From Octopus sinensis (Eukaryota): a stretch of DNA of 64,000 bases. The notes under the pieces are model-generated. The model was not told the origin of the DNA and made no database searches. It saw nothing but the letters and a program-made list of their open reading frames with translations. Both the position numbers and the translations under genes were made by a program. Below are positions 52,453 through 64,000 of this stretch, in pieces. The stretch's first letter is position 1. Each line of letters opens with the position of its first letter. The stretch covers positions 4,712,001-4,776,000 of the forward strand of contig NC_043006.1 of assembly GCF_006345805.1 (NCBI RefSeq), in the 5' to 3' direction.

Positions 52453-54289
52453 CGTAAACACTAATTACATCGTTATGAATAAAAATCTTTCTTGAAGATT
52501 GTAATTCTCGGCTGGTGTTTGAATTGAAAAACATCCTCTGGACATTTTGTAATGGCCGACATGAAGTTACGCTTGAAACAAAATTTCAGCATTTTTAACT
52601 TGTGGGTAATAAAAGTGATTTAAACTCATGCAGATGTAGAAGTGCACACTCACACACACACACACACACACACACGTACGCAGCCTGTTGAGTAAAATAT
52701 TGTCCATCATGCCATACAATTTTTTTTTAGGTAATGAAAAATGTTTATATACAATTTTATGACCCTTTAACCTAAAAATGAAGGAAAAAATTATTTATGA
52801 ACTAACGACGCTGTTCCTGGTTTAGAACACAATAAATCAATATTTTTGGAACGAGCCCCTAGTATTCAATCCGATTTATAACAAACTCTGAGTTATAACA
52901 GAAAGTGATTGGGATATTTTTTAACTTTCGTTCACCGCCAGAAAATTATTGTGATATTGGGGCAGAGTAGTGATTGTAGATAGCTGTGTCCATATTTTTA
53001 GGATGGTTATGGAAAATAATAATTTAAAATATTAAGACACCCTTAAATTCTCATTCTCATGTATTTTCCCATTTAATATATAAATTTCCCATAAAACTTG
53101 CACAGTGATGCTGAAGTAGTTTTAAGTTTCTTTCTCTGCACCCACAATCCAATAATAAGAATGTAAAGTATTTCTTGTTGTGTCGAACAACATATATTAC
53201 CACAGTTATGATTACATACGTAACTAATACTCCATAATAGGTAGCATCTGTAGATATAAACACTGAGAAAATATACACATAAAACGTTTACCCTGGAGAC
53301 AGCGTTTGAACATTAAATCGGCAGAAGGAAGCTGAGCTAGGCATCTCAGGTTATTCCCATGGAACTAGTTATGTCTTTCGCGGAGTGGTAGGTAGGCTTC
53401 AGTTGTAATTCTAATTTCTTTTTATTAACAATATTTAAAAAAAAAAACACTTCCTGAAATTGTGCTGCGAACACAATTGAGGGTCGTATATGTATACATA
53501 CATGCATGCATACATACATTCATACATATGCATATTATATGAGTGTATTTCTGTGTGTGTGTGTGTGTATAACAAAGTCAACAAGGAAAATATCCTGAAA
53601 GTTGTACACGATAAATTCTTAATTTATTAAAATTCCTTTTGCAGACAGAAAAAGGAAAACAAAAACCTGACAATAGTTGTTAGTAACTCTGAATGCAAAG
53701 GAACAGAAACGTAATAACTTCAAGAAATTAAGAATAATTTCATAAAGTTAAACAAATATTCCTTGGGAACAAAGGCGACAATAATTTTATTTCGGAGACG
53801 AGGTTTAGCCATGGATTCATTTCAGCTTAGTTTGACTTCATCGATGTAGCATATTACTTTCCGTCTCTGAACATATATGGTTAATTAAATAAATACAGAA
53901 TGACTTTAATACATTTTTGGTCAAAAGTAATTTGCATAAATAAAATGAAGTGTTAAGAGAAGATAACTGGAAGGAGTCGTTGGCATGAAATTGCATAAGC
54001 TGACTTGGGAACCAGAGACATGCTGAGTACCATATATGATGAATTATAAATCAAGATTTCCTTCACGGACAGACAGGAGAAACCAAAACCTAGCGATAAT
54101 TATCAGTGACTTTGAATCTGAAAAACAGATTATTTCAGCTAATTAAAAGTATTTCACGGTTGAATTAACATGCTTATTAAAAAAGCAAAATCTGATCTCG
54201 TCTCCGAGTTGTTCGAAAAAGTAAAAAATATAGAGACGCATGTGCAGGAAGGACATGATCTGGTCTCTCATACAGGCCCTACAAGGTCA

Positions 54290-54409
54290 TGCTAAAAATT
54301 AATGTTCACATCACCAAAATCTCGAAGCTATGAGGTAATGCATGATTAACTCAAAACAATGTCAATAAACAAGCATTACATTTGACTGAGTAGTCTGAAT
54401 GCTAAAGGG
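54290..54409. mobile_element. piggyBac-like MITE terminus
   Basis: Ends gagtagtctgaatgctaaaGGG|TTAA; the partner terminus was not found. Confidence 0.5.
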
Positions 54410-55840
54410 TTAAATTGGTAACTGTTACCTGGCAAAACACAATCCAGTCTGTTCAGTTTTGTGTTAGATTTTCATTACAGTAATATAACTGGGAAACAAA
54501 CTATTGTCCTGGACGTCAGACCCTCTTAGTTTGTTGTCAATAAGGTTAAACCCCTATCCATAATTACAAATGATGTTAAACCAACAAACAGTATTAAAAC
54601 GCCTGCTACAAATTACTATATTTTCTTGGAGGTGAAATAACTCGACGGTCTAATCTATTATAACAATTTAAGGTAAACTCATTTATATTTTATCGCATAC
54701 CGACATAAAACTAATAATTGGGAGAGTTTTAATAAGTAAAAGCAGAAAAAAACCCCATCTTATGAATAGGTAGGCGGCTGACTTCAAATTGATGTAGAGA
54801 CAAATTCTAGAGAAGTAAAAGACCAGTAGTATAAGACGACTGACTGGTGCTTGCCGTTATAGTAACAGTGGTAGAGCAATGAAAAGCTAATTGAAAGATC
54901 TAGTGTGGCTGCGAGTGTGACGTTTGAAAGCTGAATCCTTTGCTTCAGTTCTGTCAATCATCATCGGTAATGAGAGGTGCTCCTCATGAGAGAATATTAC
55001 ACCATATTTTATAATAGCTAAATAAATATTTACATACTGTTTCTCACTGTTCGTCACACTAATTATTATTCATATTCATATTATTATTAGTAATAATAAT
55101 AAAGAAGTGGCAGTCTATAGTAGTTTAATTGGAAGAAGATTTAATTTCTCGTAGTCGCGGTATTCATAACATTTTTCGTTAAATACACAAACTTACATCT
55201 GTTTGACTTGTTTAAAAGGAAATATCGTGTAGACAATACACACACACACACACACACACAGACACACACACACACACACACACACACAAATGTGTGATTA
55301 TGTGTCTATTTGTGTGGTTGTGCTCATATTTTATATATATATATAGTTACACAATTTCACGCTACTTCTAATAATTATTTAGATTCCGACAATTGTAGAC
55401 TCAACGAATTAACTTTCCAGCCTACACAACAAATACGCTTACACATAGAAATAATTTCTCTCATTCACATATGACTCTGCAACAGCGTAGACAATGGACT
55501 GGCTGAAAGCAGGGGCAGTATATAAAAATTAAACACACAGATACCACTTTCCGTGTCGTCCTTCACAGTTTAGGTTCATAGAATTCAAACTACAGTTATA
55601 CAAACTCCATATTGCAAATAGACTGTACACACAAAGTTCTAGCAAACAGGCATTCATACACAAACAGACATTCACACGCGCACGCTCACGTACACACAGA
55701 CAAACACACAAGGACGTATTACTTGTCCGGGTATCCCACTTAGAGTATACAAATTTGATATTCGGTTTAAAAACCGTAAATTATGACACTTAATTCTCCG
55801 CCAATCAACTACCTTCCGAGTGGCATAGAGGATCAAGAAG

Positions 55841-56075
55841 GCGGCGAGCTGGCAGAACCGTTAGCGCGCCGGGCGAAATGCTTAACGGTATTTCGTCTGC
55901 CGTTACGTTGTGAGTTCAAATTCCGCCGAGGTCGACTTTGCCTTTCATCCTTTCGGGGTCGATAAATTAAGTACCAGTTACACACTGGGGTCGATATAAT
56001 CGACTTAATCCATTTGTCTGTTCTTGTTTGTCCCCTCTACGTTTAGCCCCTTGTGGGTAGTAAAGAAATAGGTAT
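55841..56075 (+). mobile_element. SINE family B, young monomer
   Basis: Intact A and B boxes and core; ends aaagaaataggtat. Confidence 0.92.
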
Positions 56076-56257
56076 AGAGTATCAAGCCTGAAAGGACGAA
56101 AGCAAAAGGTGAAAACGGGAGGGTTTGAAAACAGGGCGCAGAGGGTCGAAACAAAGTTGCATGGGTAACGAGAATGACCATGTTAGAGGTCAGGGTAAAT
56201 CATAGCGTTATTCTGAAAATCGAGGCGGTACAATTGCAGAGAGAATGTATATACAAG

Positions 56258-56557
56258 AGAAGTGAGGTGAGAGAGTAGATGTTTATTCCATTCGTTTACA
56301 GCTGTTTCATAACCTTGTTAATTATATAATAGATTTTACGTAAATATTAATACACATATAAAATATATATATACAAGCATATATAAATATATATAAATGA
56401 ATATGCATACACATATTCATATATATTTATTTATATATATTTCTATATGTATATTTTATGTGTGTTAATATTGATGTAACATCTATTATACAACTAACAA
56501 GATGATGAAACAGCTGTAAACGAATTGAATAAACATCTACTCTCTCACCTCATTTCT
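56258..56557. repeat. Inverted repeat with a hammerhead 3' half (GAAAC-AGCT-GTA) in each arm
   Basis: 56258-56390 pairs with 56440-56557 around an AT-rich spacer; (TA)n at 56567-56579. Confidence 0.7.
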
Positions 56558-56790
56558 TTTATCTGTTATATATATATATGTTTTTTTACTGTTTGATTTG
56601 CCTAATAGTAGTTTTATCTCTAATTTAATTTATATTTATACTGTAAAATTAGATTTAATCCTAAATCTAATTTTTCCCTGTAAGTTTGGATTTACTTGCT
56701 AGGATCCTGGGTAAGGCCAGAACAATGTGAAGTAAATGCAAGGCAAATCCGAAGAAAAGAAATATATGAAATAATGTAGATTTACCTTGC

Positions 56791-56828
56791 ATTCAATATT
56801 TCGGGGCTCTGACCCCATTTTCAAGAAA
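56791..56828 (-). ncRNA. Hammerhead-like variant motif
   Basis: Minus strand: ttc TTGAAAA t-gggg-tcagag-cccc GAAA t-ATT gaa, with palindromic aatatt. Points toward (TA)n at 56567-56579. Core is non-canonical. Confidence 0.5.
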
Positions 56829-56893
56829 CTGACTAATGTTGCCGATGTGCGTGTGTGTGAGCGTGTGAGGAGGGAACATGGGCGGAAAGGTGC

Positions 56894-56949
<56 letters not shown>

Positions 56950-57280
56950 ATATGTATATTTATACATATCTATATGTATATTTATATACTTGAACGTATG
57001 TATGGTTGTATATATACATATATGCATGTATATGTGTACGTGTTTGTATATATATATTCGTGTATGTATGGCATGTTCAAACGTTACTTTTTTGTCAAAG
57101 AATACGAGAGGGAATGCATTATTGAAATTTAAACTCCTCTTTTAGTATTTCCTTTTTGATTCTACGCCAATCGTCAAGTGAAAACAGCTCTCAGCTGACA
57201 ATCGCTAACTAGAAACACGAATCCACATATAGTGAACATGCACTAAAGCACACACACACACACACATACACACACACACA

Positions 57281-57313
<33 letters not shown>

Positions 57314-57429
57314 CACACACACACGCACACACACATACACACACACACGCACACACACACACACACACACAGACACCACACACGTATATGTGCGCATAAA
57401 AGGCAATTGTTACTCTCGTGAGATGATGA

Positions 57430-58880
57430 GTTTACATCTACAAAGTTTTGCTTCGGTCTTCTTGCTGGCTGAGCAGTGTCTGCCATGACTATAGAGACCC
57501 ACATGTCTGTGACAATCTTGGCTGCATTGACTACACTTTAAGGTCCTGTCCGCCAGTTTTATCCCGGTTTTATTTTTTCTCGATGATTTTGATTTCTTCA
57601 TCAACAAGCATCAACCCCTCCTCTTTACTTTTTAAACCCTTGTCTAGTTGCAACCTCCAGTGGGAGCAGTTACCAGCAATGTCGTCCTACGTTTCAACAT
57701 TCATGTAAAGAAACTTCATATCTGAAACAAAAATGAGGCTAGCTCCCCATAAAGCAGAATTTCTAGGATTCTTTCGTATAACATGAAATATACGTGGCAC
57801 AGCCAGTGGATAAGCTGAAATAATGTGAATTTCCATGGTATTTGGGACCCCCGTTGTTGGTGCCTCGGTCAGTTTGCTTGATGTGCAGGATCCATCACAG
57901 GCTGGGGAGGCGGTAGTCGTTGATACGCCTCTCTTGTGTAGAGTAGATACTTCAAGTCTCCCTGCAGCGATGCAGCTTGCCGAAGATACAAAGTCTGTAC
58001 ACTGCAACCTTTGTGTACACTGTACACTGTTAGCTTATCGTTCTTCAAGATTGTAAGCCTAACTTTTGCTGAAGATGATTTTCCGATGCGTTTGTAAATC
58101 TCAGATTCTAGAGCGATCCTGTTTGTGGTGGTGGAGTCTATGTATGTGAATTCATGGTCAGTTATTAATGGTGATTATCAAACACAGTTACTGATGGTGA
58201 TGTTGTTGCTGTTGCTGTTGCTGTTGAGGGAATGGTCTTCGTCCCAGAGCTCGCAAGGTGGGAGAAGTACGAAACGTGGTCCTTTGCTATTTGTAAGACC
58301 TGCAGAAGAGAAAGCAGGTCAACCCCCGACACCGAGAGCATCGACGGATGGATGAATGCGCATCCAGGCTCAGCGGTTGCGTAGGAAGTCGGGGACAAGA
58401 AACAGGAAGAAAGAGTGAGAGAAAGTTGGAGCGAAAGAGTACAACAGGGGTCGCCACCACACCCTGCCGGAGCCTCGTGGAGCTTTAGGTGTTTTCGCTT
58501 AATAAACACATACAACGCCCAGTCTGGGAATCGAAACCCCGATCCTCCTACCGCGAGTCCGCTGTCCTAACCATTGGGCCATTGGGCCTCCACTACTGAT
58601 GGTGATGGCAGGGAAGTTCTTAAAATCCCTTTCGTCGTCTTCAGAATCTTTACAGGTTCTTGTGAGAATGTTCGTGAGGCGCTGCAGTTGCTCATCCGAA
58701 TGTGTTTCCAGTCCTGCGTCATCTGTAAAGAACATGTCTCTGATCAGAACTTCGTGTTCTTCAGTTTTCATCCCCGGTCGGGACAAAATGAGCAGATTTC
58801 CGTCCGATCTTCTTTGAAGGTAAACACCATCGGTTGACGTTCCAAGAATGAGCTTCTGTATAACAGGGAAGATACTTGTA
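57430..58880 (-). mobile_element. Decayed RTE-BovB-like LINE interrupted by a SINE C
   Basis: VLIRDMFFTDDAGLETHSDEQLQRL (FADD region) at 58670-58750 and C-terminal CSQCSQDCHRHVGLYSHGRHC at 57475-57540. Confidence 0.8.
58201..58593 (-). mobile_element. tRNA-Arg-derived SINE family C, tail type 3
   Basis: Shared family C head, unrelated 3' module and a (CAACAG)n tail. Confidence 0.85.
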
Positions 58881-59345
58881 GGGACACCGTATTTCGTTAT
58901 GCAACCATGGTATACAACAAAGTATATTGAACGCTTTATAAGTCAGTAAGACTTATAAAGATGTCGAATAGGTGTCAGAATACTTTTGAGTGTGAAATTC
59001 CTGACTCTCTTTTGAAAAGATGTATTTTGGATTTTGGCCGAATGTGGTGGTTAATTTTATCAGCAATCTACTTTTCTGGTAATTATGGAGCAATCCTGTA
59101 ACTTGGTCCCTGGTCAATACAGTTTTTTCTGTTATTTTTTTTATAGACTTTCATCAAGCCTGTGGCTGAATTGTGATCGGATAACCATCGTTCGGTAAGA
59201 GATTTCGATTCTGGCGAACGGTAAACTCGGCCATTGCTATTTTTTCAACCTCAGCAGATGGCCACTTATCAACAAATTCTGTTTCCATTTCCATCTGTAC
59301 TCGACGGATAAACATTTCTAAAGTTCTTCTCCATCACTTCCGATA

Positions 59346-59404
59346 TATACATACTTGGAATCTTCTGTGGAGACCGTCTCCACGGAAGATTCTAAATATG
59401 TATA
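59346..59404. repeat. Near-perfect 59-bp palindrome
   Basis: 29-bp arms with 3 differences and a 1-nt centre. Confidence 0.9.
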
Positions 59405-60526
59405 TGTATTGGCTATGCAGCACCAGCTTCAAGGTTAGATTGAGTAACCACAATTCTCGCTTTAAATCTCGAGCGAAAACTAATTGTGCCTTTTTATCAA
59501 GGCTCATTCATAATCCACCAAAATAATTCAGTTGTGTACAGTTTAAAACGGTCCATTGTTACCCAAACAAATGCGATAAAAAATCTTATCTATTGTGCAA
59601 TGCTGCAAGTGCTTTAACGAACGAAGCGATCTTATTCTTAATCGCCGACACAAATTATGTAATACCTTCTTTAGGTACAAATAATACTGCCTTCCCGATA
59701 TTTCCCGAGCTAATCCTCCTGCATTAGCCCCGCCCACTTGAATTTCTTCAATGTATTTATAACATATCCAGATGAGATCCAGATCCAGATCAGCCTTCAG
59801 CTGATCTGGAACCCAACCTAGGCCTCCATGTCTACGGCGTTAGCCGCTAGAATAAGGAGTGGTTGGAGATCACGCAGTCGTTAGCCTCAAATCGCCAAGT
59901 CTGGTTGGCGTTTGTGAGAGATGCAGCATTGAGGATGAATGAAGCCAGCTCAACCCACCCCGGGTGAATGCTGTCTCAAGACAAGACAAGCTTTATAACA
60001 TAGATTTTGAAGCTATCTTTAAAAGTTTCCTTAACTTTACACATTTTAAAGCTATCTTTATATATTTCATTAATTTTGTGTTCTCTTTATATCTTCCTTT
60101 TCTTTTTTCTTATTCTTGACCATTTCATTTCTTCTAAAATTTTTCTTTTATTCTCTTCCTTTACTTTTCTTACTGATAATTTTATTTCTTCATCAATGTT
60201 ATATTTGTTTTTTTTTACTCTGTTCTTCCAGCTTCTTTACACATAATATATTCGGCGAGTTAACGTCAATGGAGCCTTGATTATAATTAAGATATTTTCG
60301 TCCTGATTAGTAGTGGAGTATCCCTCTTTGAGTAATTATTACATCAGAGGGTCAGCTAGCTTGGAAACATATGTAGCCTGGATTTTACCTGTCCTACTAT
60401 CCTCAACTTGGATTTTTATTCGCATTCATAGCAACTGAAGTTGTCAACTGTTAGCTATAATTTTTTTTTCAGTTTATCGAACTACGATATGGGAAAAGTT
60501 TACAACCTTCGACGCCAATAAATCAT

Positions 60527-60593
<67 letters not shown>

Positions 60594-60759
60594 AAAGATT
60601 CACTTCGATCATGAATGGTCATGGGATTGCATCTAGAGAGTTCCCCTCATGGTTGTTTATGGAAGATCATCCTCCACTCTCCACGCCACTGATGTTATAT
60701 AAAGGAAAGGCAAAGGCCGATACAGCTTAACAACAGTGACATATCTATACCTATATCTG

Positions 60760-60862
<103 letters not shown>

Positions 60863-60867
60863 GTCTG

Positions 60868-60912
<45 letters not shown>

Positions 60913-61678
60913 ATATATATATATGTATATGTATGTGTATATGTATGTGTGTATATGTATGTGCATATATATATATATATTTATACACACATACACACAC
61001 ACATATATATAACAGTATGGATGTTATATATATGAATATGTGTGTGTATGTGTGTGTTTATGTATGTGTGACTAATTCATAAATATTTTATATAATTTTG
61101 TGTAACGTTACACACTTCTTGTACGCGTGTGCGCGTGTGCGCGCGAAGTCGCAGGTTTTCGCTATTTTTATATTTTATGCTCATTGCTCCCTAGATATAT
61201 AAATAGCGGTAAGAGAGAATAAAAGAGATTCAGAGAGACACTCTGCACGTGTATCCATATAAAGTTAGCAAGAAACGAGGAAAAAGGAAGCGAAAACTAA
61301 AAAATTCGAGAAGATGGAATTGGTAAATTTTCGAGTGGATTTCTCGTTTCTCCAATTAATGAAGGCACAGCTTGCATTCATTAAACAAGTGACGGCAACC
61401 GAGAGCTTTACACGCCTGCTGCATCTCGACCGTTCATCTAGATAGACACGTATTAGCTCAAACATTGGATGTGATTCTGCCAGACTGGATGGAAATAGTA
61501 AGAAAAAGAACAAGTAGGAAGAACTTTAGTTCATACATCAAATTTCCTTCCTAACTTACCTTTTTTTTCAGTTATCATAAACATTTTAACCTGTATTGCA
61601 GAGATATGACATTAACTTTTCAAATCCATTTCTAGGAATAATATTTGTGATTTATGAATGTACAACTTTATTTATTTA

Positions 61679-62073
61679 CTAGCAGTATCGCCCGGCGTTG
61701 CTCGGGTTTGTAAGGGAAATAACTATATAAGCATTTTTAGAGATGTAAAGTATAATAGCCATCTCAATATGGCTAACCACAAGGTGGGGTGTTACTGTAG
61801 CTTTGAACGTTCTGAGATTTAATAATAAATTTTTAGAGAGTTACTTCCCTTATATATGCCAAAAATGCATTAAAAATGGAAAAAAATGATGGTAAATTTT
61901 TTTTTAAATCGTAGACTCATCGTAGACGCGCGCTAATACCCAGAAGGGCTCGATATGAATCACGACTATAAGATACCCGGTTTTGGTTAAACTGCACCGC
62001 AAAATGTGGGAGTAGTTAGGAATCTAAATCGTAGGAGACAGACAGCACACAACCTCACTTTTATATATAAAGA
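61679..62073 (-). mobile_element. Non-autonomous Helitron, copy 2
   Basis: Same TC...CTAG termini, hairpin and sequence as 7331-7727. Confidence 0.9.
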
Positions 62074-62427
62074 TTAGAATTTTTCCTAGAAGGAAGGAAC
62101 TGACTCTTTACAAAGAAACATAAACCCTATAATTTGAATTTGGATGTCAACAACAATAATTGTTAAATATTGAACTTTACATTTGTTTTTGCTTGGGATT
62201 TAAGTTCGTTTCTTTGCAGAATCTAAGCCGGACACTAACAAAGTGGCCAAGCTCTTGATTTAGTCAAGACAGCTCTTGTGGTTCGTCGTTACGTGAACCG
62301 GTTGGTGCGTGCATTTGTGTGTATATCTGTGTGCGAACGGATAAACTTGTGCTAATAAAGAGGGCGTGCATATCACTTTACTAGGTAAATGTGTGCGCTT
62401 CATTACAGTTTATCTTTGTATATATAT

Positions 62428-62652
62428 AAACTTAGATAAACTTAGATGTGTTTCGACCAAAGATTGGTCCAGGCCATGTCTAACTAAATAGCACCACCTG
62501 ATAGGATTATTCGAATCCCGTTTAAGTCAAGTTTTGTTTATGGTCCATTCAAGTAGTGAGTTTTTGTTGGGTGAGTTGCATCCAATTATGGGTGGCTTAT
62601 CTGGTATTCTTTGAAGGAATCTATCCAGACTCCATTTAAAGTTGATGGGATC
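62428..62652 (-). mobile_element. 3' end of a CR1/L2-group LINE, second copy
   Basis: Reverse complement of 5045-5270; the tail abuts a TA run. Confidence 0.85.
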
Positions 62653-62779
62653 CTTTTCCTCTTTGATCTCTTTCGGGACAATGTTAAATAGGGCAGGGCC
62701 TGTTGAGGAAAAGGAATTATGTTGCAGTGTACATGTAGGGCAGGGCCTGTTGAGGAAAAGAAATTATGTTGCAGTGTAC

Positions 62780-63140
62780 ATGTATATTATATTCATATGT
62801 GACTGTGTGCATGTTATTTACCAGGAGTCTCAAATGTATGTATATATATGTATTATGTATACGTTCACATTTGTATGTTTTGTTTTATGCATGTTTTCTC
62901 ATGCATATACTTGCATATCGAGACTTGCTCACATATCCTTAAATGATAAACTTCTCGAACGTCTTACAGATTTTTACAGTTCCAGTGATGGCTTGCATCT
63001 GTAGTCTTCAAATCATCTTTCTCCCTTCTGTTTTGAGAATCCTAGTTTCTCAAGATTGGTATTTAGGTAGTGTGTTACATATCTCACTGTTCCAATAATT
63101 ACAGGTATAAACCTGAACTTGTAATCTGGATAGAGTAACA
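62780..63140 (-). mobile_element. R4/Dong-like LINE C-terminal (REL endonuclease region) fragment
   Basis: Minus strand translates as LLYPDYKFRFIPVIIGTVRYVTHYLNTNLEKLGF, resembling the IP.IIGALG motif. Confidence 0.55.
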
Positions 63141-63195
63141 TGTATGTTTGTATGTTGTATTTGACTGTTTTGTTTTATGTACTGTATATATATAT

Positions 63196-63262
<67 letters not shown>

Positions 63263-63552
63263 TAATATATATAATATTATATCTATATATATATATATAT
63301 TATATCTATATATATATATTATATAATATATATATATATTATATATTATATAATATATAATATATATATATATACATATATATACATATATCTATATGTC
63401 TATATGTGTGTATACATTCTTACTACAAGCTAAATTTTTGCAATATTTCGCAATTAAAACTTGCTTGACTATCTTGAAATTAATTTATTACCCGTGCCTT
63501 TCCTGATTTTGTGAAGTTTAGCTTCTCAACATTGTTTCTGTCTGGACGTAGT

Positions 63553-64000
63553 GATTTTGATTTTGATTGATTTTGATTTTTCCAGTTTCAGCTTATGAGC
63601 TGTGGCCATGCTGGGGCACCGCCATTTGGTGTTGCTACTTGGTTTCACTTCATGAAGGCTTTCTAGCAGCTGCTATTTGGTGCATGAGAGAGTTCGATGC
63701 AGCTGCCCTCATCTGCCCCTCCTGCCGTGAAGTTGGTTCATCTGGGACACCTGACAGGAAGAGATCCAGCTTCATTTTAAGACATCTGTATCCACCCCAT
63801 GCAGGTCTCTCAGGTTCTTCGGAGGATACTGAAGAGCTGTGGGCCTCGGAAGCCCAGGCTATCACAGAATCTTGTCCTACATCTTGATGGCAGTTTGGAG
63901 TCCTAGGCACCACGCAGTGGCGCCCAGTTCTGGCATTTGCGTAACTCTCGATGCCAAAGTTCAGGACACTTCCCTCCAGGATCTTCCAGATGTATATTAT
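63553..64000 (-). mobile_element. CR1/L2-group LINE 3' end running off the window
   Basis: KMKLDLFLSGVPDEP..AASNSLMHQI terminus; 3'UTR ggcggtgccccagcatggccacagctcataagctgaaac; (AATC/AAAATC)n tail. Confidence 0.8.

Noticed and set aside
58520-58593. tRNA-Arg(TCG) gene
   Set aside because: The tRNA-like sequence is a SINE head: cloverleaf degenerate, continuous with the SINE body and present in several copies.

Overview
AT-rich, repeat-saturated animal genomic DNA with one 100-N gap (9248-9347). The SINE families and dense (TA)n/(CA)n/(TATC)n/(CATA)n microsatellites suggest an octopus genome; this is inference from repeat recognition, not a search. No host protein-coding gene is supported: nearly all listed ORFs are microsatellite or transposon artefacts. 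Contents: three tRNA-derived SINE families; decayed RTE, R4/Dong-like and CR1/L2-like LINE pieces; one full-length and one internally deleted mariner; a Tc1; two non-autonomous Helitrons; a Helitron Pif1-helicase relic; and several TIR elements. The main signal is a dispersed set of minimal type I hammerhead ribozymes: five with recognisable complete cores and about five decayed loci. They lie in short non-coding elements of differing sequence, often built from nested inverted repeats. Each reads toward a (TA)n tract about 20-250 nt downstream, and at two or possibly three sites two elements converge on the same tract. These look like (TA)n-targeting Penelope-like or retrozyme-type elements. 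Also noted: 3'-module swapping in a tRNA-Arg SINE, SINE concatemers with a fixed junction, a twin-priming-like inverted SINE, a shared SINE/LINE 3' tail, two MITEs with RFX X-box palindromes, and a few candidate + strand exons. All alignments and folds were done by eye.
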